Origin: a phage
Strand: one strand, 5' to 3'
Length of the DNA stretch: 22,359 bases
Assembly (NCBI GenBank): GCA_026686805.1
Contig: GCA_026686805.1_3949.2
Shown: piece after piece, positions 8,248 through 15,996 of the stretch
How positions within the stretch are numbered: the stretch's first letter is position 1
Layout: the number at the start of each line of letters is the position of its first letter
The notes under the pieces: model-generated
Database searches by the model: none
Seen by the model: only the letters and a program-made list of their open reading frames with translations
Told to the model about the DNA's origin: nothing
Translations under genes and position numbers: made by a program

Positions 8248-8263
8248 GGGGCTTTTAAGCCCC
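8248..8263 (-). other. GC-rich hairpin GGGGC-UUAAAA-GCCCC between the PRPS-like and NAMPT-like genes; no clean U-tract
   Basis: Perfect 5-bp inverted repeat ggggc/gcccc with a 6-nt loop. Downstream minus RNA is AUUUUGAGAGAG (the Shine-Dalgarno of the NAMPT-like gene). Same design as the rIIA/rIIB hairpin. Confidence 0.45.
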
Positions 8264-8272
8264 TATAAACTT

Positions 8273-9154
8273 TCAATCAAGGTTTGCTACAGTAACTTGA
8301 CTGTAATGTGTTAAGCCACGGTCTTTAGCTTCGCCTAAAGAGTTTGTAGTGTAAATATGGTCGATACCATTGTCAAGAAGGTTTTCAACATCTTTAGAGA
8401 AGATACCATGTGTTACATAAAGTTCCACACGTTTTGCACCTGCTTCACGAAGATGTTTCGCTGCTTCTATGAAGGTTCGACCACCATCACAGATATCATC
8501 CAGAATCATAACGGTTTTATCTGTCAAATCAACATCATCAAGGATTCGCATACCAGTAATTTCACCAGTCTTAAGGTTACGCACCTTAGACATTGTGATA
8601 TATGGTTTATCCACCTCTTTAGCGGTCTCTGCAACCTTCTTAGCAGCACCTGCATCTGGGGCTACTAAGTAATCAACCAGTGGGTCATTTGCATAGTGGA
8701 CTGCAATCTCCTTTTGAGGAATACTCTGGAAGCAGTTAAACAGGTTATCTGGAACGCAACTGTGAGGGTCAACTGCACAGACTGCACCAAATCCCATTGC
8801 ATTTACCTGTTTAGCAAAAACCTTTAAAGCTGCTGCGTCGCCTTTAAACATGTGACGGTCATATCGTGCATTTGGTAAGTAGTAAAAGATGACAGTCTTT
8901 AAAGCATAATCATGAGGAATTAAATCATCAATTGCTTCTTTAGCAAGTGCCACAGCAAACAAAGTGTCCTTATCATAACCTTTTACAATCATAATCACAT
9001 TGTTGATGGATGATGCTGCATAAGCAGTAAAATCAACAAACTCTGGCGAAAAGTGTCCACCAATCTCACCAGAAGGGAATTGGACGATGTTAAACTCTTC
9101 TTCATGAGTCCCTTTAGTTGGTGAATGAACTGTAACACGGATAGATGTTTTCAT
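8273..9154 (-). CDS. Ribose-phosphate pyrophosphokinase-family protein (PRPP synthetase-like; candidate NARP1 Adps), about 293 aa
   Basis: Track ORF starts at a TTG (9169); ATG at 9154 (MKTSIRVTVH) has a GAGAGAGAAAACT Shine-Dalgarno. PRPS-type motifs present: VDPHS, VAPDAGAAKKV and the PRPP-binding loop ILDDICDGGRT. Confidence 0.8.
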   Translation of the reverse strand: MKTSIRVTVHSPTKGTHEEEFNIVQFPSGEIGGHFSPEFVDFTAYAASSINNVIMIVKGYDKDTLFAVALAKEAIDDLIPHDYALKTVIFYYLPNARYDRHMFKGDAAALKVFAKQVNAMGFGAVCAVDPHSCVPDNLFNCFQSIPQKEIAVHYANDPLVDYLVAPDAGAAKKVAETAKEVDKPYITMSKVRNLKTGEITGMRILDDVDLTDKTVMILDDICDGGRTFIEAAKHLREAGAKRVELYVTHGIFSKDVENLLDNGIDHIYTTNSLGEAKDRGLTHYSQVTVANLD

Positions 9155-9165
9155 AGTTTTCTCTC

Positions 9166-9444
9166 TCAATCAAAAGTTACGTTTGTTACTGCCATTGCAG
9201 ATTTGCATTTTGCAGGGTCTACAACGTGATAAAGTACACTACAGTTACCTGTGCTGTCTGGTACAGGCTTTACCCATTGCTGCTTTATAGTTGGCTCTCC
9301 TAAGTCTTTGTAAGAGCCATCTGTAAAGTTGTTTACCATCTCAAGTGCAATTGGTTCTGGAACATGACCACGTATCATGTACATCTCACAACCATTACCA
9401 CCTTCACTGACTAATGGTAAAATTTCCCACTTTTCTTTAGCCAT
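9166..9444 (-). CDS. Hypothetical protein (92 aa)
   Basis: ATG start confirmed. ATGGCTAA-type 8-nt overlap with the upstream gene; ends 11 nt before the PRPS-like ATG. No recognisable motif. Confidence 0.5.
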   Translation of the reverse strand: MAKEKWEILPLVSEGGNGCEMYMIRGHVPEPIALEMVNNFTDGSYKDLGEPTIKQQWVKPVPDSTGNCSVLYHVVDPAKCKSAMAVTNVTFD

Positions 9445-9952
9445 TATAAGTTGCCCTATAAACTGTCTCGAACTTCAACAGGAGAGATATTGCCAAAGCT
9501 GTATAGTTGTTGTCAAGCACGTCTGGCATATTATTTTTGATATATTTCTCTTGCTCTTCATAGGTCATCTTAGGAATACTTAGGAGGCTATCTCCTTGCT
9601 TCTGGTTATCAGCTTTAGTTTGGATAAACCAGTTCGCACAGTGATGTTCACCACCTTTTGTAACAGGTTTGTGGTGGCCTAGTGTAAATGTTTGCTTACC
9701 CGTATACCTGCAAAGATTGTTCAGTGTTGCAATGGTGTTCTTCACAACACACCATTCATACAGGTTATCTATTGTGTAGTGTGGGTAATAACGGACAAGC
9801 GCTCTTTCACGGAAGTTATCACGATTCCAAAGAACCATGTGATTAGAATTTGAAGGGTCATATTTGTGGGAGTCTATAAATTCTTGACGCTCATCAAAGC
9901 TGAGTCTTAGAACTGACATTGCAACCGAACGTTTCAGGTTTGACAGATACAT
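9437..9952 (-). CDS. Hypothetical protein (171 aa), possible HNH-like nuclease motif
   Basis: ATG start confirmed. GHHKPVTKGGEHHCANW resembles the HH...GG...N core of HNH nucleases, but the final His is not evident. First gene after the 9962..9990 terminator. Confidence 0.5.
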   Translation of the reverse strand: MYLSNLKRSVAMSVLRLSFDERQEFIDSHKYDPSNSNHMVLWNRDNFRERALVRYYPHYTIDNLYEWCVVKNTIATLNNLCRYTGKQTFTLGHHKPVTKGGEHHCANWFIQTKADNQKQGDSLLSIPKMTYEEQEKYIKNNMPDVLDNNYTALAISLLLKFETVYRATYNG

Positions 9953-9961
9953 TTTACCTCC

Positions 9962-9990
9962 AAAATAAAAAGGGAACCTTTACAGTTCCC
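9962..9990 (-). terminator. Intrinsic terminator hairpin (minus RNA GGGAAC-loop-GUUCCC followed by UUUUUAUUUUGG)
   Basis: Plus 9972-9990 is gggaac-ctttaca-gttccc (6-bp stem), preceded on plus by aaaataaaaa. Sits between the stop of the 10004..10324 gene and the 9952 ATG. Confidence 0.55.
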
Positions 9991-10003
9991 CTATAGTATC
10001 TGT

Positions 10004-10324
10004 TTACTGAGCTACTTTCAAGAGGCTTGTGAATGGAATCTCACTCTCATCCATAAGCTCTTTTGCTTTTCCAGTAACTTTTACAAAGTTATCTAGGCAG
10101 ATAATCTTCTTATCTTTCTTGCTGTAGGTCAGTTTCACCTTTTCAATATCTTTCTTAGAGCTTTCCTCTTCATTAAAGAGCTTCACAGCTTCTTTGAATG
10201 GAAGGTATGAGCCATCATCATCACTAATAAAACCTGTGCCGCAATAGTAGAAGTTATATTCTTTAGCCATAAACTGGCACAGTACGAAAATCTGTAATTT
10301 GCGAGTGTTATAAACTTTGCTCAT
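10004..10324 (-). CDS. Hypothetical protein (106 aa)
   Basis: ATG start confirmed. 2-nt gap to the upstream gene. No recognisable motif. Confidence 0.5.
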   Translation of the reverse strand: MSKVYNTRKLQIFVLCQFMAKEYNFYYCGTGFISDDDGSYLPFKEAVKLFNEEESSKKDIEKVKLTYSKKDKKIICLDNFVKVTGKAKELMDESEIPFTSLLKVAQ

Positions 10325-10326
10325 GA

Positions 10327-10593
10327 TTATTTAGCCTTCTTATTGCGTTTACGGTTACGAGCTTTCTTGGCTGCTCGTTTAATAGCTGCTGCACCAGACG
10401 GACGGTGGGCTTGTTTCTTACCACCTTTGCCACGGCCTACATAGATGTAAGGTTGCTGTTCAATTTGGCTTGTAAGAACTTGTGCAACTGCTGAAGCATC
10501 TACACCAACCTGCTTTCCAGTCATAGAAATGATTGCTGCTGCTTTTGCCAGTGCCTTCAAGAAGCCAGCTTTCATATTACCTAAAATTCCCAT
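10327..10593 (-). CDS. Small basic protein (88 aa from second ATG) with Lys/Arg-rich C-terminal tail
   Basis: Track start ATG at 10608 lacks a Shine-Dalgarno; ATG at 10593 (MGILGNMKAG...) has GAGAGG 5 nt upstream. C-terminus GRGKGGKKQAHRPSGAAAIKRAAKKARNRKRNKKAK is strongly basic. Confidence 0.5.
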   Translation of the reverse strand: MGILGNMKAGFLKALAKAAAIISMTGKQVGVDASAVAQVLTSQIEQQPYIYVGRGKGGKKQAHRPSGAAAIKRAAKKARNRKRNKKAK

Positions 10594-10621
10594 TTTAGCC
10601 TCTCTCATTAAAGTTTAATAC

Positions 10622-10638
10622 AGAACTTATGAAGTTCT
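10622..10638. other. Perfect 7-bp inverted repeat agaactt-atg-aagttct in the nrdG-downstream intergenic region
   Basis: Read directly from the sequence. Only a weak U-rich run follows on the minus transcript, so function (attenuator, processing site or binding site) is unknown. Confidence 0.4.
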
Positions 10639-10688
10639 TCTTCAGTGATACCAATTGGAGTTATACCTTAGTCCATTTGCCAGAATAA

Positions 10689-11174
10689 TCACTCTGCTCT
10701 CCACTGACAATCACCTTGCCATCCGTACTCTTTTCTCCAGAGGTTTTGGTTATCTGAACCACGATACGGTTTAACTGTTGGTTTAGATGAATCATACTTA
10801 CCATCAATCACCACGTCAACATATTTCATCACATCTAAGTGGATTTTTTCGTGCAGTTGAAAACCTGTCCAAAGCCATATAGACTTTTCTGGATAAACAG
10901 TTTTAATACGCTTACATATGTTGGTAACCTCTTGAATATTTCTATCATCCAGAGGCTCTCCACCGAGTATTGACAACCCACTGATGGCATCATCATCCAT
11001 TAACTTAATGATACCGTAGAGGTTTGCATAAGTAAACTCTTTACCAGCATTAAACTTCCAAGACTCCCTGTTAAAGCAGCCTTCGCAGTGATGCTTACAA
11101 CCAGCTACGAAGAGGCTTACACGAACCCCTTCACCATTAGCTGTGTCAAATGGCCTAATCTCCATGTAATTCAT
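10689..11174 (-). CDS. nrdG: Anaerobic ribonucleotide reductase activating protein (radical-SAM activase), 161 aa
   Basis: ATG start confirmed, with GAGGT Shine-Dalgarno. CKHHCEGC is a CX3CX2C radical-SAM cluster motif near the N-terminus. Size and position near nrdD fit NrdG. Confidence 0.8.
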   Translation of the reverse strand: MNYMEIRPFDTANGEGVRVSLFVAGCKHHCEGCFNRESWKFNAGKEFTYANLYGIIKLMDDDAISGLSILGGEPLDDRNIQEVTNICKRIKTVYPEKSIWLWTGFQLHEKIHLDVMKYVDVVIDGKYDSSKPTVKPYRGSDNQNLWRKEYGWQGDCQWRAE

Positions 11175-11232
11175 CTAGTTACCTCACCAATAAATATAAA
11201 CGTTCTTTAACCTTTTCTTCGAATTGTTTTAC

Positions 11233-11628
11233 TCATTCAAACACCACCTGACAAGGAACCTGTTTAGTAATAAATTCTTCACAGTGCTCTTTAATGAAGT
11301 TTTGTAATGGTACACAATCTTGTGCGCAAGTCATTAGCATAATGTACTCTGGATTCATGATGTTTTCAAGACTGTAGAAGACAACATTATCAGATAGTTC
11401 GTGACCATCTTCTTCAGACCAAGTTCCAGTGACTACAGCTAATTTGTCAAGCAATTCATTAGGCAATGCTACACCATCTTCTACAGAATCACTTAGAACA
11501 TTGTCGCCAATATACAATGTGAAGACCGTGTGGAATGTTGAGTATCTTACGTGATTCTTTTCACAAGAGCCACACTCTGAGGCATAATCTTTAATCCACT
11601 CTAACTGTTTTTGGCTTAACTTAATCAT
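11233..11628 (-). CDS. Hypothetical protein (131 aa)
   Basis: ATG start confirmed. ATGA start/stop overlap with the upstream 66-aa gene. Several Cys residues but no recognised motif. Confidence 0.5.
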   Translation of the reverse strand: MIKLSQKQLEWIKDYASECGSCEKNHVRYSTFHTVFTLYIGDNVLSDSVEDGVALPNELLDKLAVVTGTWSEEDGHELSDNVVFYSLENIMNPEYIMLMTCAQDCVPLQNFIKEHCEEFITKQVPCQVVFE

Positions 11629-11825
11629 AATTTCACCTTAGTTGGTAATGTACTGAATGCTATAGCTAATCCTAAAAATGGTTTGAAGCATGGCCATAAA
11701 TCCATCTGACCATGATATGAGAAACTCCATTGTGGGTCTGAAAAACCCCATACCATAACGCTAACACCAAAGAAGAAGATTAGAATGTGGAGTATGTATA
11801 TCAACGCTTTTGATATCTTAAACAT
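11625..11825 (-). CDS. Small hydrophobic membrane protein (66 aa)
   Basis: ATG start confirmed. Two hydrophobic stretches (ALIYILHILIFFFGVSVMVWGF and FLGLAIAFSTL). Translationally coupled to the downstream gene. Confidence 0.5.
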   Translation of the reverse strand: MFKISKALIYILHILIFFFGVSVMVWGFSDPQWSFSYHGQMDLWPCFKPFLGLAIAFSTLPTKVKL

Positions 11826-11965
11826 TTTAACTTATCTCTCAATTCACAATAAGAGAGTCCTAAAAAGAACCCTAGTAAGACAGAACCTATGAACAACCCA
11901 ATAATACTATCTGTCATATCTAACATCCAATAAAAAAGGTGATGTAAGCCTATCAAGACCCACAT
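11801..11965 (-). CDS. Possible small hydrophobic ORF (54 aa); not in track
   Basis: Hand-translated: MWVLIGLHHLFYWMLDMTDSIIGLFIGSVLLGFFLGLSYCELRDKLKCLRYQKR. AAGGTG abuts the ATG with no spacer, so the true start is uncertain (TTG at codon 4 or a later ATG possible). Overlaps the next gene by 25 nt. Confidence 0.25.
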   Translation of the reverse strand: MWVLIGLHHLFYWMLDMTDSIIGLFIGSVLLGFFLGLSYCELRDKLKCLRYQKR

Positions 11966-11979
11966 CACCTTGTCAAGTT

Positions 11980-14124
11980 TTACATAGAGACTCTATCACG
12001 AATCTCAGCGATTTTTGCATCGTTCATTCGGGATTCACCTTTAATCTTAGTCCATCCAAGATACCCACACACCCTGTTAATCACAGAGATATCATGTGAA
12101 TGGCAAACCTCGCATTCTTCAACATCAGCCTTTGGTCTGTTACCACAATGTTCACAGATTGCTAAGTCAAAGTTAAGCCCCTGATAGAAACCTTTCAACA
12201 TCCCTCTTGTGATACAACTTTTAAGTGCTGTTAAGTTTTCTGGGTTAGCTACCCTGACATACTGGATTCTCCCACCTCTACAGATATGGAAGAATGGCTC
12301 TTCTAAGTCCTGCTTCTCAAATGGTGAGATGTCTGCTGCAACATTCATATGGAAACTGTTTGTAAAGTATTCCTTATCAGAAACACCTTTGATAACGCCA
12401 AACATATCTCTGAACTGTTTTAGCTGAGTTCCGCAAAGTGATTCTGCTGGAGTACCATAGACGGCATATAAGAAGCCATCTTCATTTTTAAACTCTTCAG
12501 TTTTCATGTTGATGTATGCCAGAACATCGTATGCAAAACTACAGCTTCCAACTTCATGAAGTCGTTTACCTTCAGCAAGAACAGATAGCTCATCAAGCGC
12601 AGTAACCCCAAAAGAAGCTGTGAAGGACTTCACAATATCCCAACCAACCTTGTCAGTAGGTTTCTTAGTTCCTTTGTACAGACCACCTTGTGTGAATGCA
12701 AGAGGGTTAGAACTTGCTGGCATATTAGCAATCATTTCGTAGCGTTTCTTGTGGAAGCTGCGAATCATCTCTAGGTACTTATCAAGCTCTTTCCAGAAAT
12801 CTAAACCACTCTCTCTAGAATACTGGTAAATCATCGGTAAGTTCAAAGATACAGCACCAATGTTAGCACGACCAACATAGAACTCTTCCCCATCCTCATT
12901 AAGATATGGAGATAAGAAGGCTCTGCAACCCATCGGTGAAATTACCTTGCCAGAACGCTCAAAAGCCTCTGCTACAGCACCATGACCAGATACACTTAAG
13001 AAGTCTGGATACATTGCTTTAGAGCAACACTCAATAGCTTTACTGTACAGGTGACCTTGACAGATATTTTCATCATGTCTCTTCTGGTCATAAATATAAA
13101 CCAGTTTAGGAAATACAACAGGCTTCTTGCTCTTACCTTGTCCATTCATACGAACATCTAGGAGAGTACTTGCAATCATGTATTGTAATCGGTTGTCTTC
13201 ATTAGACATGTCTGAGTCAAGTAACCCAAATGTTAAAGTTGTGAATGCAAAATCCCCACGACTACAAGGTACAGTGTTTAGTTTCATTTCAAGTGACTGG
13301 AAACCTTGAGTTAATTCAATCTGTAACTGCTCCATGACATAATTATGGTAATGTTCTTTAGGAATACCATAAGATGTTGCTTTCTCAGCATGATAGCGTA
13401 GAGACTTCTTAGCATACGGTACAAGTACCTTGTCAATCTCTGCTAAAGTAAAGCCACCAAATTGCTGTGCAGTTGCTGAAAGAACTACGTCACCAATAAC
13501 TTGTAAGGCCGACAGCACAGACTTCGGTTCACAATATTCGATGCCAGACATTTCAAAGCCACCTTTCAGTACTTTACCAATGTCAAACAGACAACAGTTA
13601 ATACCACCAAAAATTAGGTCTCTTAAGTCATGGATGTAGATAAACCCTTTTTCAATGGCTTCAAGTTCCTCTGGTGTTAAATGGTACTGTTTAAAGATTT
13701 CTTTAGTCAGATAACCACGAATAATTGAACCTTTTGTAGAAATTAAACTGCTGTCAAAGTTAGCATTCTCTCTGTCACCTAAGAAGAGTGTATCTTTGGT
13801 CTTCTGGTAAAGTTCATCCCAATTTTGAGCAACTTCTTTACGGTAATTTCTATATGTTGAGTAAGACTCATAAATCTCGTGATTGACTTCTGCCAAAGCA
13901 CCCTCAACAATACTGTGAATATCATTTACTGAAATGAGCAAATTATTCTGTTTAGTAGATTTTACCAGAATCCTCATAAATGCTGACTCAAGAGCTTGGG
14001 TAACATCTGGTGGGAGTTCTTTATAACCAACCCTATTAGCTGACTTTGTGACTGCTGCTAAAACTTTTTTGATATCAGGTTCTTCGAGTGAGCCATTCTT
14101 TTTAATAATCTGTACTTTGTTCAT
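11980..14124 (-). CDS. nrdD: Anaerobic ribonucleoside-triphosphate reductase, class III (714 aa)
   Basis: ATG start confirmed. C-terminal glycyl-radical motif RVCGYLG, preceded by a Cys cluster (CEHCGN ... CEVCHSH). Reading frame is contiguous, so no intron is evident. Confidence 0.9.
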   Translation of the reverse strand: MNKVQIIKKNGSLEEPDIKKVLAAVTKSANRVGYKELPPDVTQALESAFMRILVKSTKQNNLLISVNDIHSIVEGALAEVNHEIYESYSTYRNYRKEVAQNWDELYQKTKDTLFLGDRENANFDSSLISTKGSIIRGYLTKEIFKQYHLTPEELEAIEKGFIYIHDLRDLIFGGINCCLFDIGKVLKGGFEMSGIEYCEPKSVLSALQVIGDVVLSATAQQFGGFTLAEIDKVLVPYAKKSLRYHAEKATSYGIPKEHYHNYVMEQLQIELTQGFQSLEMKLNTVPCSRGDFAFTTLTFGLLDSDMSNEDNRLQYMIASTLLDVRMNGQGKSKKPVVFPKLVYIYDQKRHDENICQGHLYSKAIECCSKAMYPDFLSVSGHGAVAEAFERSGKVISPMGCRAFLSPYLNEDGEEFYVGRANIGAVSLNLPMIYQYSRESGLDFWKELDKYLEMIRSFHKKRYEMIANMPASSNPLAFTQGGLYKGTKKPTDKVGWDIVKSFTASFGVTALDELSVLAEGKRLHEVGSCSFAYDVLAYINMKTEEFKNEDGFLYAVYGTPAESLCGTQLKQFRDMFGVIKGVSDKEYFTNSFHMNVAADISPFEKQDLEEPFFHICRGGRIQYVRVANPENLTALKSCITRGMLKGFYQGLNFDLAICEHCGNRPKADVEECEVCHSHDISVINRVCGYLGWTKIKGESRMNDAKIAEIRDRVSM

Positions 14125-14142
14125 TATTGCCCCTTTACATGC

Positions 14143-14164
14143 TAAAAAGGTCTCCGAAGAGACC
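14143..14164 (-). terminator. Intrinsic terminator hairpin with UUCG tetraloop (minus RNA GGUCUC-UUCG-GAGACC followed by UUUUUAGC)
   Basis: Plus 14149-14164 is ggtctc-cgaa-gagacc, preceded on plus by an A-run. Lies between the 68-aa gene and the nrdD start. Confidence 0.55.
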
Positions 14165-14172
14165 CTTTCATT

Positions 14173-14379
14173 TTAAATCTTTTTAGAAAACTTCGCAAAG
14201 AGTTCTCTTAGTTTTTCAGTGATACCTAACTGTATCTCTAATATTTCGAAGATAACCCATAGTAACATGGCTCCAAACAATGAACCTTGTTCAAAGTCAG
14301 TAAATAGGTTAACAATCAGCATACCAATCACAATCGCTGGTGCATCAACAACCAAACCTTCCCAAATGCGTTTAAGCAT
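14173..14379 (-). CDS. Small hydrophobic membrane protein (68 aa)
   Basis: ATG start confirmed. Hydrophobic stretches VVDAPAIVIGMLIVNLF and FGAMLLWVIFEIL. 8-nt overlap with the redoxin gene upstream. Confidence 0.5.
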   Translation of the reverse strand: MLKRIWEGLVVDAPAIVIGMLIVNLFTDFEQGSLFGAMLLWVIFEILEIQLGITEKLRELFAKFSKKI

Positions 14380-14614
14380 TATTCACCTCTGCCATAAAAT
14401 TCTGTAGCGTCCCAACAGGTTTTAGGTTTTGTCCATCAGTTTTCATGATGAATGGCATCTGACGAACTGGCATCTGTGCAATATCCATCAGGTCTGATAG
14501 TTCATAATCCTGCCCTAACATTCTCACAACATGGTCAATACCACGAGCTTTTGCAAAATTCTTTGCAGTCTCACACTGAGGGCATCCAGTTTTGGAGTAA
14601 ATTACATAAGTCAT
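14372..14614 (-). CDS. Glutaredoxin-like small redoxin (NrdH/NrdC-type), 80 aa
   Basis: ATG start confirmed. Active-site CPQC near the N-terminus (YSKTGCPQCETAK). Size and position directly after nrdB (TAATG overlap) fit an RNR electron donor. Confidence 0.7.
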   Translation of the reverse strand: MTYVIYSKTGCPQCETAKNFAKARGIDHVVRMLGQDYELSDLMDIAQMPVRQMPFIMKTDGQNLKPVGTLQNFMAEVNNA

Positions 14615-15687
14615 TAAGGAACCTCTAAAAATCCACTATTCAAATCATCTACAACAGTATTCAACAGGTACGCACCGTTCTGTTGCTCCTGATTAGCATT
14701 CTGCTCTTTATCAATTTCCATCTTCTTAATCATGTACTTCAAAGGTGGTTCTTTAGGAGCTACAAAATCTCTGGGAATGCCAAACATATCATACAGTGGG
14801 GCAGCATTATAGTAAACCCACTCATGAAGAAGCTTTGTATTTAAGCCAACTACAGCACGTCCTTCGGAGAAGATATAATACGACCATTTCTCTTCACTTT
14901 CAACTACTTCATCTAAGATTACTTTAATCTCTGGAAGAATTTGTTGAAAAGCTTTCTGCCACTCATCATCTCTTAAAGTTTCTTTTAAAACTTCAATATC
15001 AATTTTAGTGTGAAGGATTTCATCAAGCATAATTTTCTGGACAGCTTGAGCAATACCCTGAAATTTATCTTGAGCATCAAGTGCAAAAGTACATGCAAAG
15101 GATGCCATAAAAGATATACCTTCAAGTGCAGTCACTGCAAATAGACCTTTTAGAATCACTTTATGGAAGTGTAAAGGGTCTTTGTCCAGAAGTGAATCAC
15201 GGACATAACTCAGCCGATAGTTTATACCTTCATCCAGTAATTCTTCAAGAACACGATTCACAGTTTTTAATCGGTCTTGCACAGCAACATTCTGGTTAAT
15301 CTCATCTAAGATTGTTTCAGGGTTTTTAATACATTGTCTTACAATCTCTGAGTAAGTAAGAGCATGTAGGTTTTCAATCTCAGACTGCTTCATAATTGCA
15401 GTTGCATAGATGTCATCAGAGATAAAGGGTGCAAAGGCAAATGCCAAGCTCTTAGCAACTTGAGTGTCTGCTTCCCATTGCCACTTAAGAATCTCAAGCA
15501 TTACACCTGACATTGATGCTGGGACACTCTCAAAATCAAGACGTGATTGTTCAAAAGGGAACTCATCTTCTGACCAATCTTGTGCTTTTTGTTGTTTATA
15601 AAGCTCAAAGATTTTTGGGTAGTGCTTATTAAGTGAGTCAAAAGTTTTTCTCTCACCACCTAAAAAGATTGGGTGCTGGTTAATCAT
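14614..15687 (-). CDS. nrdB: Ribonucleotide reductase class Ia small (beta) subunit, 357 aa from ATG
   Basis: Track ORF begins at a TTG (15747); ATG at 15687 (MINQHPIFLGG...) forms an ATGA overlap with the upstream small gene and has AAGGAG upstream. Di-iron ligand and tyrosyl-radical motifs present: EIENLHALTY (E-x-x-H...Y) and ALEGISFMASFA...DEILH. Confidence 0.85.
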   Translation of the reverse strand: MINQHPIFLGGERKTFDSLNKHYPKIFELYKQQKAQDWSEDEFPFEQSRLDFESVPASMSGVMLEILKWQWEADTQVAKSLAFAFAPFISDDIYATAIMKQSEIENLHALTYSEIVRQCIKNPETILDEINQNVAVQDRLKTVNRVLEELLDEGINYRLSYVRDSLLDKDPLHFHKVILKGLFAVTALEGISFMASFACTFALDAQDKFQGIAQAVQKIMLDEILHTKIDIEVLKETLRDDEWQKAFQQILPEIKVILDEVVESEEKWSYYIFSEGRAVVGLNTKLLHEWVYYNAAPLYDMFGIPRDFVAPKEPPLKYMIKKMEIDKEQNANQEQQNGAYLLNTVVDDLNSGFLEVP

Positions 15688-15941
15688 AGCGTGATTTCTC
15701 CTTTCTTTATCATTTCTAAGGCTTGTTTTCTGTCTAAAACTTCCCAATTTTCTTTGTTAAACATCTCATAAGGTCTTGCATAGATTTTACCATCTGCTGT
15801 AGAGATGTAAGAAGCTCCAGTGACCCATAAGTCATTATTCTGCTTTATCATGATACCTGTGCTGCTCACATAGTACAATGCTTTGCGGGGTTTGTAGAGC
15901 AAGTATATTGGTCGCTCATGTTTTTCTATTAAATCTTTCAT
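15684..15941 (-). CDS. Hypothetical protein between nrdA and nrdB (85 aa from internal ATG)
   Basis: Track ORF (15684..16025) would overlap the nrdA 3' end by 29 nt and span a perfect hairpin. ATG at 15941 (MKDLIEKHERP...) has GGAGAG 3-4 nt upstream and lies after the hairpin. Confidence 0.5.
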   Translation of the reverse strand: MKDLIEKHERPIYLLYKPRKALYYVSSTGIMIKQNNDLWVTGASYISTADGKIYARPYEMFNKENWEVLDRKQALEMIKKGEITL

Positions 15942-15963
15942 GGTCTCTCCAAAGTTATTTTTA

Positions 15964-15983
15964 GAGGGTCTTTTACGACCCTC
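15964..15983 (-). other. Perfect 7-bp hairpin gagggtc-ttttac-gaccctc just downstream of the nrdA stop
   Basis: Read directly from the sequence. No strong U-tract follows on the minus RNA, so this is a structural or processing element rather than a terminator. Confidence 0.45.
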
Positions 15984-15996
15984 ATAGTTGTTAAAA

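Noticed and set aside
6446-9154. An NMN adenylyltransferase gene (which would indicate an NMN-based NAMPT/NMNAT salvage pathway instead)
   Set aside because: No ORF in the window carries the HxGH nucleotidyltransferase motif. It could still exist elsewhere in the genome, so this is absence within the window only.
11966-11979. A sigma70-type promoter using the TTGACA at 11976..11971 just after the nrdD stop
   Set aside because: No acceptable -10 hexamer lies 16-19 nt downstream on the minus strand; the TTGACA match alone is not sufficient.
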